From Bacteroidales bacterium (GTDB taxonomy: Bacteria > Bacteroidota > Bacteroidia > Bacteroidales > WCHB1-69), in the NCBI GenBank assembly GCA_017454945.1, contig JAFTCA010000052.1, positions 6,476-70,475 on the forward strand: a stretch of 64,000 bases of DNA, given 5' to 3'. Below the pieces are notes generated by a model. It had not been told where the DNA came from. It did not search any database and saw only the letters and a list, made by a program, of their open reading frames with translations. Of the stretch, positions 29,080 through 37,318 are shown piece after piece (within the stretch, counting starts at the first letter, position 1; each line of letters begins with the position of its first letter). Both the position numbers and the translations under genes were made by a program.

Positions 29080-29106
29080 CAAATATTCTATAACAAACAA
29101 TACTAT

Positions 29107-29173
29107 TTTGTGTTTTTGAGGTGTTTTACTTTGTGTTTTTGAGGTGTTTTACTTTGTATTTTTGAGGTAAAAC
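29107..29173. repeat. 2.9 copies of a 23-bp direct repeat upstream of the ATPase promoter
   Basis: TTTGTGTTTTTGAGGTGTTTTAC at 29107-29129 and 29130-29152 (identical), then the degenerate copy TTTGTATTTTTGAGGTAAAAC. GTGTTTTAC and GTAAAACAC also form an inverted pair. Confidence 0.9.
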
Positions 29174-29383
29174 ACACGCTGTACCAACTCTAACCAATTA
29201 TGTTGATTTTGCCCCGAGTTTGCACACCAACTTCTTACTATTTGGGAATTTGGTCTTGGTACCTCAACAGGGAATCCATGAATTACTGTTACATTGGCTG
29301 TATAGTTAAAAAACACAAGATAAAAGCCTAAAGTACTACAAAAAGGCTGCAGAATTGAAAAGCGAAATGGCCCAAAAGATCCC

Positions 29384-29608
29384 TCAAAGAATATCGTCAG
29401 AAGCGGAAGAATATTCTCCCCACTCCTCCTCTTCGGTCTCTTCGTACTGCGCCTCATTCATGCGCACGCTCTCCTTGATAGCGTCGCCATAGCCTGTTAG
29501 GGCGGAAAACGGCGCAAATTGGGCTGCCCGGTTCTTCATCGGCATAGGCGGATGATTCTTCGAAACCGGATGTGGCAGTTGGATAATATCATCGTAGTTG
29601 TCGGTCAT
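29384..29608 (-). CDS. YolD-like small protein (accessory partner of a Y-family polymerase)
   Basis: 74 aa. MKNRAAQFAPFSALTGY matches the YolD-like motif as I recall it. ATGA start/stop overlap with the upstream polymerase gene. Confidence 0.6.
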   Translation of the reverse strand: MTDNYDDIIQLPHPVSKNHPPMPMKNRAAQFAPFSALTGYGDAIKESVRMNEAQYEETEEEEWGEYSSASDDIL

Positions 29609-31113
29609 GCCTTGTGTCCTCCTATCTGCTGGTTGCGTTCTTTGGCTGTAGCACCTTCCTCGAAATTAAGCCCTTTCAAGATTGCATTCTTCCCATATTT
29701 CCGCTTGATGGTCAACAGCGCTTCCTGCACCTTGCGTTCCTTTTCCAGCGTGGCTATTTCTTCTTGGCGCTGCTTCTCAGCAGCCTCGTAGTCGGTGAAT
29801 AGGTCCAATTGCGACGCGGAGGGTGGCTGTGATGCCACAGATTGCTCGCTAACAACATGATTCACAGTTATATAAATCCGTCGCACCAGCAAGTCTGGGT
29901 TGACAATCTGATTGAACAGGTCAGTAATAGCATCCACCATCCTTTTGGATGACGAGGTGGGGGCTTTCAAGTTGCGGGTGCCGTGCGCCGGCTTCGGAAC
30001 TGGGCGTCCGTAATAGTCGGTAGCAATCTCACCTTTAACCTTCGATTTATATTTTGGATTCGTCAGATTTTCAGCATCATAAACCACCGTCAACACCAAC
30101 TGGTCGGCCACCAGCTGATGTGCCACCATCTTCAGTGACATCCCATCGGCCATCTCCCGAGCCACCACCCGCGCCTGCTTGAACTCATAGCCGCAGGTCA
30201 GCACCTGGCCATTACTCAGGCAGTTAGTCTCTGGTTTATAAGCTTTTACCGCCTCCATCGTACAGGGCTCCCACCCCCACGCATGGTCGATGAGTAGCTC
30301 GGCGTTGACACCGAAGAGTTTATAGAGCAACTCCTCATTTTCAAGCGAGCAGCGTGCAATTTTGCCCATCGTGTCGATGCCGCACGACTCGAGGCGTCTC
30401 GCGATGCCTCGTCCCACGCGCCAGAAACTCGTCAGCGGCTTATGATTCCAGAGCTGCTTGCGATAGGTCATCTCGTCCAGTTCGGCAATGCGCACACCAT
30501 CCTTGTCGGCGGGGATATGTTTTGCCACAATATCCATAGCCACCTTGCAGAGATACATGTTCGTCCCAATGCCAGCCGTGGCCGTAATGCCCGTCTCCTT
30601 CAAGACATCACGAATCATTCTCAATGTCAACTCGTGGGCACTGATTTTATAAGTGGGCAGATAGTTGGTGGCATCGATAAAAACCTCGTCAATAGAATAG
30701 GCATAGATATCTTCCGGCGCGATATATTTCAGATAAATCTGGTAGATTTTGGCGCTATAGTTGATGTAATGGGCCATCCGCGGCGGGGCGACGAGATAAT
30801 CGACCTCCCAATCGGGATGGGCTTTCAGTTCCTTATCCAAATAGGATTTCCCTGTGAAACGGCCTTGGGGGATTTGCTTGCGACGCGCATTGTTCACCTC
30901 CCGCACACGCTGCACCACCTCAAAGAGGCGCGCGCGGCCACCAATACCGTAGGCTTTCAGCGACGGCGACACCGCGAGGCAAATGGTCTTCTCGGTGCGA
31001 CTCTCATCTGCCACCACCAAGTTGACAGCCAGCGGGTCCAATCCACGCTCCACGCACTCAACGGAGGCGTAGAACGACTTGAGGTCAATGGCGATGTAGG
31101 TGCGCTGTTTCAT
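29605..31113 (-). CDS. Y-family (UmuC/DinB/UvrX-like) translesion DNA polymerase
   Basis: 502 aa. IAIDLKSFYASVECVERGLDP, SIDEVFID, and a conserved C-terminal tail RKYGKNAILKGLNFEEGATAKERNQQIGGHKA. Confidence 0.9.
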   Translation of the reverse strand: MKQRTYIAIDLKSFYASVECVERGLDPLAVNLVVADESRTEKTICLAVSPSLKAYGIGGRARLFEVVQRVREVNNARRKQIPQGRFTGKSYLDKELKAHPDWEVDYLVAPPRMAHYINYSAKIYQIYLKYIAPEDIYAYSIDEVFIDATNYLPTYKISAHELTLRMIRDVLKETGITATAGIGTNMYLCKVAMDIVAKHIPADKDGVRIAELDEMTYRKQLWNHKPLTSFWRVGRGIARRLESCGIDTMGKIARCSLENEELLYKLFGVNAELLIDHAWGWEPCTMEAVKAYKPETNCLSNGQVLTCGYEFKQARVVAREMADGMSLKMVAHQLVADQLVLTVVYDAENLTNPKYKSKVKGEIATDYYGRPVPKPAHGTRNLKAPTSSSKRMVDAITDLFNQIVNPDLLVRRIYITVNHVVSEQSVASQPPSASQLDLFTDYEAAEKQRQEEIATLEKERKVQEALLTIKRKYGKNAILKGLNFEEGATAKERNQQIGGHKA

Positions 31114-31121
31114 AACTACTG

Positions 31122-31129
31122 CAAAGGTA
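31122..31129 (-). promoter_or_regulatory. -7 promoter box for the polymerase-yolD operon (near-leaderless)
   Basis: CAAAGGTA = TACCTTTG on minus strand, only 8 nt upstream of ATG 31113. Confidence 0.35.
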
Positions 31130-31160
31130 CAAAATTATCCACCACGACAAGCAGCGGATA

Positions 31161-31676
31161 TCACTTCTCCAATGCCAACAAAAACCTTTTGGCTTCCAAT
31201 CCGCCAGCATAGCCCGTGAGCGAGCCGTCGCTGCCAATAACGCGATGGCAAGGAACAAAAATGCTGATGGCGTTAGCTCCATTAGCGTTGGCCACAGCAC
31301 GCACCGACTGTGGACTTCCAATTTGCTCAGCCAGTGCGGCATACGAAACTGTGGCCCCGTATGGGATGGTGAGCAGTGCCTGCCACACCGCCTTCTGAAA
31401 ATCGGTTCCAACAAACAGTAGAGGAACATCAAAGGAGTGGCGCTCCTGGCGGAAATAGCCGTCCAGTTGCTGCCGAGCCATCTCTATCACATCAGTACTG
31501 CCTTGCCGACAGGGAGCTTTCAAGAAACGTTGCAGTCGATGATCCACCAACGGCCGAGGGCGTTCTGTCGCCCAATCACACAAGCAAAGCTTGTCGCCAT
31601 ACGAGCCCAGCAACAGCGGGCCGCAAGGAGAATCGTATGGTTGGAGAAAGATGGTGGAGCTCATCATGGTTTTCAT
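31161..31676 (-). CDS. ogt: Methylated-DNA--protein-cysteine methyltransferase
   Basis: PCHRVIGSDGSLTGYAGG active site. The track ORF extends to 31784, but MKTMMSSTIFLQPYDSPCGPLLLG (ATG 31676) gives the usual ~170-aa size. Confidence 0.9.
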   Translation of the reverse strand: MKTMMSSTIFLQPYDSPCGPLLLGSYGDKLCLCDWATERPRPLVDHRLQRFLKAPCRQGSTDVIEMARQQLDGYFRQERHSFDVPLLFVGTDFQKAVWQALLTIPYGATVSYAALAEQIGSPQSVRAVANANGANAISIFVPCHRVIGSDGSLTGYAGGLEAKRFLLALEK

Positions 31677-31791
31677 TGAAAGAGAGTTTGCAAAAATGCA
31701 ATTTTTCTCCCATAGAAGCAGAAAAAATATATGCTTTGATTTTTTTGCGTGAAAGTGTGAATAAAAGTTAAAAAAACAAGCCATTTATTTG

Positions 31792-31799
31792 TATTTTTG
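31792..31799 (+). promoter_or_regulatory. -7 promoter box for the acyltransferase...yihY co-directional block
   Basis: TATTTTTG, 33 nt upstream of ATG 31833. It overlaps the track start at 31797, which argues against that start. Confidence 0.5.
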
Positions 31800-31832
31800 C
31801 CACATTGTAAAAAATTGTTACTCAAGAAACGC

Positions 31833-32660
31833 ATGTCGGAGAAAGTAAGTCATAAACTGCTGGATGTCAGCGAGGCGCTGCGGTCAAAAAATCCCAAATT
31901 ATACCGCTGGATGCCCAAGTTCGCCATCCGTGCCATTGAGCGGTTGATTCATCAGGATGAGATGAACCAACTGGTTGACGATAATTTCGACGACAGTTCC
32001 ATCGACTTTGCCCACCACATTGTCGAGTATTTCCAAGTAGGGCTGGACATTCGCGGCGAGGAGCACATACCGCGCACTGGCCGTTACATTGTTGCCTCCA
32101 ACCATCCGTTAGGCGGTCTGGACGGCATGGCAATGATCAGCACCTTGGGCAAATATCGCAGCGACATCAAATGCCCTGTGAACGACCTGCTGATGCAAGT
32201 AAAGCAGATGCACCAAGTGTTCATGCCCATCAACAAGCACGGACGCAACAGCATGGGCAGCATGAAACAACTGGAGGATGTTTTCGCCTCTGACGAGCTC
32301 ATCCTCTATTTTCCGGCAGGTTTATGCTCGCGCAAACAGAATGGCGTTATCCGTGATCTGGACTGGAAAAAAACGGTCATCACCAAGGCCCGCCAATTCC
32401 AGCGCGACATCATACCCGTGCATTTTGACGGTCGCAACTCGAACCGGTTTTACAACCTGGCCAACCTGCGCAAGAAACTGGGTATCAAGGTAAACATTGA
32501 ATTTATCCTCCTTCCCGACGAGATGTTCCGCCAGCGCGGACAACAGTTCACCATCACTTTTGGAGCCCCCATCCCCTATACAACATTCGACCACAGCCAT
32601 ACAGATGCAGAATGGGCCAACTGGCTCAAAGAACAAGTCTATACCCTCAAACAAGCGTAA
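31833..32660 (+). CDS. PlsC-type lysophospholipid/O-acyltransferase (GlsA-like)
   Basis: NHPLGGLDG (HX4D-type acyltransferase motif) and FPAGLCSR. Start moved to MSEK because of the promoter box. Confidence 0.78.
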   Translation: MSEKVSHKLLDVSEALRSKNPKLYRWMPKFAIRAIERLIHQDEMNQLVDDNFDDSSIDFAHHIVEYFQVGLDIRGEEHIPRTGRYIVASNHPLGGLDGMAMISTLGKYRSDIKCPVNDLLMQVKQMHQVFMPINKHGRNSMGSMKQLEDVFASDELILYFPAGLCSRKQNGVIRDLDWKKTVITKARQFQRDIIPVHFDGRNSNRFYNLANLRKKLGIKVNIEFILLPDEMFRQRGQQFTITFGAPIPYTTFDHSHTDAEWANWLKEQVYTLKQA

Positions 32661-32672
32661 CTTTAACCTCAC

Positions 32673-33590
32673 ATGAAAGAAATCATTGCGCCCATCGACA
32701 GAGACCTTATCAAGGCGGAGCTTACTCCTGACAAACTGCTACGCAAAACACAAGCTGGCAATAACTTTGTGTATGTCATAGATGCGCACAATGCTCCCAA
32801 CACCATGCTGGAGATCGGCCGGTTGCGCGAGCAGACGTTTCGCGATGCGGGGGGCGGCACGGGCAACGAAGTGGACATTGACAGTTTTGACACGGCCGAA
32901 GTGCCTTTCAAACAGATGATTGTATGGAATGAGTCGGAGCAGGAGATTTTGAGTGCCTACCGCTATATTTTTGGCCGCGATGTGCCACTGGACGAGAACG
33001 GATACCCCCATACGCCCTCTTCCAAACTATTCTGTTACTCAGACACTTTCATCAAGACCATTTGGCAAGACACCATTGAGTTGGGACGCAGTTTTGTACA
33101 AACCAAATACCAGGCATCCGCGGGCCGCAGATTGGGATTTTACGCTTTGGACAATGTGTGGGACGGGCTCGCCACACTCACCGTTGAGTACCCTCACCTG
33201 AAATACTACTTCGGCAAAATGACCATGTACAACAGCTACAACCGACTGGCTCGCAACATGATACTCAACTTTCTGAACAAGCATTTCAAAGGCGACCTCA
33301 CGCTGGTGCACCCTTTCCACCCTGTGGAACTGGACACCAAGGCCTTCAAGTCTATCTTCAAGAATGCTACATACGCTGAAGATTTCAAGGCATTGAACAA
33401 AAACATCCGCGACCTGAAGGTCAGCATTCCGCCGCTCATCAAGGCCTACATGTCGCTCTCTTCTTCGCTGCAATGCTTTGGAGCCGCCGCCAACCCCGAA
33501 TTCGGGCCAGTGGAAGAAATTGCCATTCTGGTAAAAATTGCCGATATTTACGAACAAAAAGCGGCTAGACATTTACGCATATACAAATAG
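32673..33590 (+). CDS. GNAT/hemolysin-like N-acyltransferase (OlsB/GlsB-like, amino-acid lipid synthesis)
   Basis: 305 aa. IGRLREQTFRDAGGGTGNEVDIDSFD...ILSAYRYIFG matches the OlsB-type N-acyltransferase family as I recall it. It starts 12 nt after the PlsC-like gene. Confidence 0.72.
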   Translation: MKEIIAPIDRDLIKAELTPDKLLRKTQAGNNFVYVIDAHNAPNTMLEIGRLREQTFRDAGGGTGNEVDIDSFDTAEVPFKQMIVWNESEQEILSAYRYIFGRDVPLDENGYPHTPSSKLFCYSDTFIKTIWQDTIELGRSFVQTKYQASAGRRLGFYALDNVWDGLATLTVEYPHLKYYFGKMTMYNSYNRLARNMILNFLNKHFKGDLTLVHPFHPVELDTKAFKSIFKNATYAEDFKALNKNIRDLKVSIPPLIKAYMSLSSSLQCFGAAANPEFGPVEEIAILVKIADIYEQKAARHLRIYK

Positions 33591-33596
33591 AGCATA

Positions 33597-34208
33597 ATGA
33601 TTATCAAAAAGATACAATTTCTACAAAGTGTAACCGACTGGCGCAAGTGCCCTGCCGCCACAAAGCCGGAATACGCCTTCATCGGTCGCTCCAATGTGGG
33701 AAAATCTTCCTTGGTAAATATGCTGGCCAACAACAAATCGCTCGCCAAGACTTCTTCAAAGCCTGGCAAAACACAGACTATCAACCACTTCATCGTCAAC
33801 GACAACTGGTATTTGGTGGATTTGCCTGGCTATGGTTTTGCATCGGTATCGAAGAATATGCGTGAGCAATGGGCAAAATATATCGACAACTACCTCATTC
33901 ACAGAGAGAACTTACAAGTGGTGTTTGTCCTCATCGACATCCGGTTAGAGCCGCAGCGCATCGACATCAACTTCATCAACCATTTGGGCGAGTTAGGCAT
34001 TCCATTCTCTTTCATCTTCACCAAAGCCGACAAGATAGGACCGGTAAAGGCACGGCACAATGTGGATTTGTTCTGCAAAACCCTACTTGAAACTTGGGAG
34101 GATCTGCCACCCCACTTTGTCTCTTCCGCTACCACCGCACAAGGCAAAGAAAATATTTTAGACTATATAGAACAGATTAACAATCAATATTATACACAAG
34201 AATCATGA
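33597..34208 (+). CDS. engB: Ribosome biogenesis GTPase YihA/YsxC
   Basis: 203 aa. GRSNVGKSS (G1), DLPGYG (G3), TKADK (G4). Confidence 0.92.
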   Translation: MIIKKIQFLQSVTDWRKCPAATKPEYAFIGRSNVGKSSLVNMLANNKSLAKTSSKPGKTQTINHFIVNDNWYLVDLPGYGFASVSKNMREQWAKYIDNYLIHRENLQVVFVLIDIRLEPQRIDINFINHLGELGIPFSFIFTKADKIGPVKARHNVDLFCKTLLETWEDLPPHFVSSATTAQGKENILDYIEQINNQYYTQES

Positions 34209-34657
34209 CACAAAGATTCCTGATTTTCCTGACACTGCTGTCCTTATTCGCAGCCTGTCAAACATCTAAAAAGGCGGCGCTGGAAGCCCAGAACAAGCCC
34301 TTGCTGGAAACGCGCTGGGAGGTAAGCCACATCAACGGCATGCCGCTGGATGCCAAAACGCCTGTCCAGCCGTTCATCGTTTTCGACACGCTAGGCAAAT
34401 ATCATGGCGATTTTGGGTGCAACAAGTTTTTCGGAAGCTATTATGTGAAAGAAAAGAAACACAAGTTGGAACTCACCTATACGGGGGCAACCAAGCGATT
34501 GTGCCAGTATATGGAGACGGAGCGACTTTTATCAAAAACATTGCGCTCGGAGAAACTCAGTTACAACATACAAGGCGACACCATGCGACTGTACAGCAAT
34601 GATGCGGAAATCATCCGCTTTGTCGCCACGGAGAACAAAACCGAACCAGAAGAATAA
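34205..34657 (+). CDS. META (HslJ-like) domain lipoprotein
   Basis: 150 aa. Lipobox LFAAC; WEVSHINGMPL...GDFGCNKFFGSY...TKRLC pattern. ATGA overlap with engB. Confidence 0.72.
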   Translation: MTQRFLIFLTLLSLFAACQTSKKAALEAQNKPLLETRWEVSHINGMPLDAKTPVQPFIVFDTLGKYHGDFGCNKFFGSYYVKEKKHKLELTYTGATKRLCQYMETERLLSKTLRSEKLSYNIQGDTMRLYSNDAEIIRFVATENKTEPEE

Positions 34658-34667
34658 TCAATTGATT

Positions 34668-35507
34668 ATGAGCAAAGAAGAAATTATCAAGAGAGCGTTG
34701 GAAGAAGACATCGGCACCGGCGACCACTCGTCATTGGCCTGCATTCCCTATAGCGAACAAGGTGTGATGGAGCTGAAAGTGAAAGCTGACAGCGGCATCA
34801 TTGCCGGCATTGACGTAGCGAAAGAAGTTGTGAAACAGGTCGATTCGTCCATTCGCATGACGACTTTCAAGCATGATGGCGACACCGTGCATCGTGGCGA
34901 TATCGTCTTCACCCTGGAAGGGCCGGCACGCAGTATGCTGACCGCCGAGCGCACGCTACTCAACTTCATGCAGCGCATGAGCGGCATCGCCACCACCACC
35001 CACCAGTATGTTGAGTGCATCAAAGGGACGAAGACGCGCCTGCTCGACACACGTAAGACCACACCCAACATGCGCATCTTCGAAAAGCAAGCCGTCAAAA
35101 TCGGTGGCGGCGAGAACCACCGCTTCGGTCTGTTTGACATGATCATGCTCAAAGACAACCACATAGACTTTGCCGGCGGCATCGAAAAGGCCATTGATGT
35201 GACACGCCAGTATCTTGCCGACAACCACCTGAACCTAAAGATTGAAATCGAAACTCGCTCGGTGGACGATGTGCGGCGTGTGGTAAAACATGGTGGTGTT
35301 CAGCGCATTATGTTCGACAACTTCACGCCTGACATGATTCGCGAGGCGCTGCCGATAGTGAACGGACAGTATGAAACCGAGGCGTCGGGCAACATCACAC
35401 TGGAGAACCTACGGAGCTATGCTGAAACGGGAGTCGATTTCATTTCGGTCGGAGCACTGACACACCAGATTAAGAGCTTGGATTTAAGTTTAAAAGCCAA
35501 ACAATAG
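34668..35507 (+). CDS. nadC: Nicotinate-nucleotide diphosphorylase (carboxylating)
   Basis: LLDTRKTTPNMR...GGGENHRFGLFDMIMLKDNHI. Start set at MSKEEIIKRALEEDIG (34668) rather than the overlapping 34599. Confidence 0.93.
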   Translation: MSKEEIIKRALEEDIGTGDHSSLACIPYSEQGVMELKVKADSGIIAGIDVAKEVVKQVDSSIRMTTFKHDGDTVHRGDIVFTLEGPARSMLTAERTLLNFMQRMSGIATTTHQYVECIKGTKTRLLDTRKTTPNMRIFEKQAVKIGGGENHRFGLFDMIMLKDNHIDFAGGIEKAIDVTRQYLADNHLNLKIEIETRSVDDVRRVVKHGGVQRIMFDNFTPDMIREALPIVNGQYETEASGNITLENLRSYAETGVDFISVGALTHQIKSLDLSLKAKQ

Positions 35508-36500
35508 ATGACAGAGAAGTCGCTCAAGCAACGATGGACGGAATACAAGGACAAAGTGGCCACCAATCCTGCGGTGGAGAAGTTCCTTAATTTTTGCCGA
35601 ACGCTGGTCATTCCAGGGTTTCAGGGCATCCCATTGTGGACTGTTATGAAGTTCTTTTTCGAGTCGCTGGTCAAAGGCATCCTTTTCCAGCGCGCCGCCG
35701 CCATGACCTACCGCATCTTCATTGCACTGATTCCCATGCTATTAGCACTATTTTCGGTTATCTCCTTTTTGGGTGAGGATTTGAAAGTGAGCCTGCTTTC
35801 GTTCATCGAATCCTTGGTGCCTGATATGGCATGGCCCGCCGTCGAGAAGACCATCACAGGCGTTATCATGGTCAACAACGGCCCCCTGCTCTATTTCTCC
35901 ATCTTCATGGGCATCTACCTAACGCTGTTAAGCATGAACGCCATCATTAACACGCTCAATATCACTTATTTCAATATAAAAAGACAAAAACTCATCAAGC
36001 AATTGGCCGTCAGCCTGGCGTTGGTCATCGTCTTCGGCATCGGCATCATCCTTGCGTTGGGTGTTTTCATCGGCAACCTCTACATCATCCACAACATCAA
36101 CAAGCTCTTTTTCGACTCACCGACGTTTCTGCTATTATCTGTTGCGGTGTGCAAATGGCTGTTGACGGCCATCATTGTCTATCTTTTCCTGTCAACGCTC
36201 TTTTACATTGCGCCCGCCGACAAGAAATACTTCCGATTCTTCTCGGCTGGTTCCACCTTCGCCACCATCGCCCTCATCATCCTATTGTATGCCCTGAACT
36301 TCTATTTTTCCAACTTCTCGGCTTACAACCTCATCTACGGATCTATTGGTGCCTTGTTTGTCATTTTGTTGTGGCTGTATTGGAGTTCCGCCGTTATCCT
36401 CATCGGCTTCGACCTGAATGTCAGCATCTACGTAGCACAACAGGAACAGAAAGAGAAGGAAAATCAGGATTTGGTGCTGGAAAGCAAAGTTACCGAGTAA
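35508..36500 (+). CDS. YihY/BrkB family membrane protein
   Basis: 330 aa, multi-TM. AAAMTYRIFIALIPML and YGSIGALFVILLWLYWSS motifs. It starts directly after the nadC stop. Confidence 0.85.
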   Translation: MTEKSLKQRWTEYKDKVATNPAVEKFLNFCRTLVIPGFQGIPLWTVMKFFFESLVKGILFQRAAAMTYRIFIALIPMLLALFSVISFLGEDLKVSLLSFIESLVPDMAWPAVEKTITGVIMVNNGPLLYFSIFMGIYLTLLSMNAIINTLNITYFNIKRQKLIKQLAVSLALVIVFGIGIILALGVFIGNLYIIHNINKLFFDSPTFLLLSVAVCKWLLTAIIVYLFLSTLFYIAPADKKYFRFFSAGSTFATIALIILLYALNFYFSNFSAYNLIYGSIGALFVILLWLYWSSAVILIGFDLNVSIYVAQQEQKEKENQDLVLESKVTE

Positions 36501-37191
36501 TTTCTTGCCACAAATGCTCTTCGGGCACGGGCGCAACGACCGAAACGATGTTGCCCGTAACGGGATGCGCAAACTCTATCTTGCGGGCATGCAACGAGAT
36601 GCTGCCATCGGGATTGGAGCGCTTAGCTCCATATTTCAGGTCACCTTTGATGACGGTGCCATTGGCTGCCAGCTGTACCCTTATCTGATGATGACGCCCC
36701 GTGAAGAGCTCCACTTCCAGTAAGGTGTAGTGCTCCGAATGGTTCAGCACGCGGTAGGCCAACTCGGCGCGGCGGGCATCGGGCGTGCCTTCGCTCACCA
36801 CATACGACTTGTTCTGTTTCTCGTTCTTTTTCAGATAATTGACCAACTGCTGCGCCGCTATCTCGGGAGCCTGCTCCACAATGGCCCAATAGATCTTCGT
36901 AAAGTGCCGTTCTTTCACAGCCACAGTCATCCGCGACAGCGCCTTTGACGTTTTTGCGAAAACCACCGCCCCGCTTACCGGTCGGTCGATGCGGTGCACC
37001 AGGCCGCAGAACACATTGCCAGGTTTGTGATACTTTACTTTAATGTACTCACGCACAGCCTCCAGCAACGGCTCATCACCCGTTTTGTCGCCTTGCACAA
37101 TCTCACCAGCACGCTTATTGACAATAATCAAATGATTATCCTCATACAAAATGCGTTGCGCCACATCAGCCATCTTATCCATATCATTCAT
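36490..37191 (-). CDS. RluA-family pseudouridine synthase
   Basis: LVHRIDRPVSGAVVFAKT catalytic-Asp motif and HQIRVQLA. The track start 37215 lies upstream of the -7 box, so Met9 (37191) or Met12/15 is preferred. Confidence 0.87.
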   Translation of the reverse strand: MNDMDKMADVAQRILYEDNHLIIVNKRAGEIVQGDKTGDEPLLEAVREYIKVKYHKPGNVFCGLVHRIDRPVSGAVVFAKTSKALSRMTVAVKERHFTKIYWAIVEQAPEIAAQQLVNYLKKNEKQNKSYVVSEGTPDARRAELAYRVLNHSEHYTLLEVELFTGRHHQIRVQLAANGTVIKGDLKYGAKRSNPDGSISLHARKIEFAHPVTGNIVSVVAPVPEEHLWQEITR

Positions 37192-37203
37192 AAAATAGAA
37201 TGG

Positions 37204-37211
37204 CAAAATTA
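37204..37211 (-). promoter_or_regulatory. -7 promoter box for the rluA-family gene
   Basis: CAAAATTA = TAATTTTG on minus strand, 12 nt upstream of ATG 37191. Confidence 0.4.
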
Positions 37212-37255
37212 GCATTTTAGCCCTTATCCACTGCTATCTACAAACAAAAAATTTA

Positions 37256-37263
37256 TATCTTTG
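37256..37263 (+). promoter_or_regulatory. -7 promoter box for the terC-era operon
   Basis: TATCTTTG, 55 nt upstream of ATG 37319. Confidence 0.5.
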
Positions 37264-37318
37264 CCCACTTTTTGTCGATAACGACATCTGAAATACAAGA
37301 TTTTATTGATTAGAATGT

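Noticed and set aside
29149-29457. 102-aa minus-strand ORF downstream of and overlapping the YolD-like gene.
   Set aside because: It overlaps the YolD-like CDS in another frame, runs through the 23-bp repeats and has no recognisable motifs. I treat the region as non-coding.
37264-37318. Possible yybP-ykoY (manganese) riboswitch upstream of the TerC-family gene.
   Set aside because: The leader between the -7 box and the ATG is only about 55 nt and holds a single 5-bp hairpin (TGTCG-ataa-CGACA). That is too short for the four-helix riboswitch.
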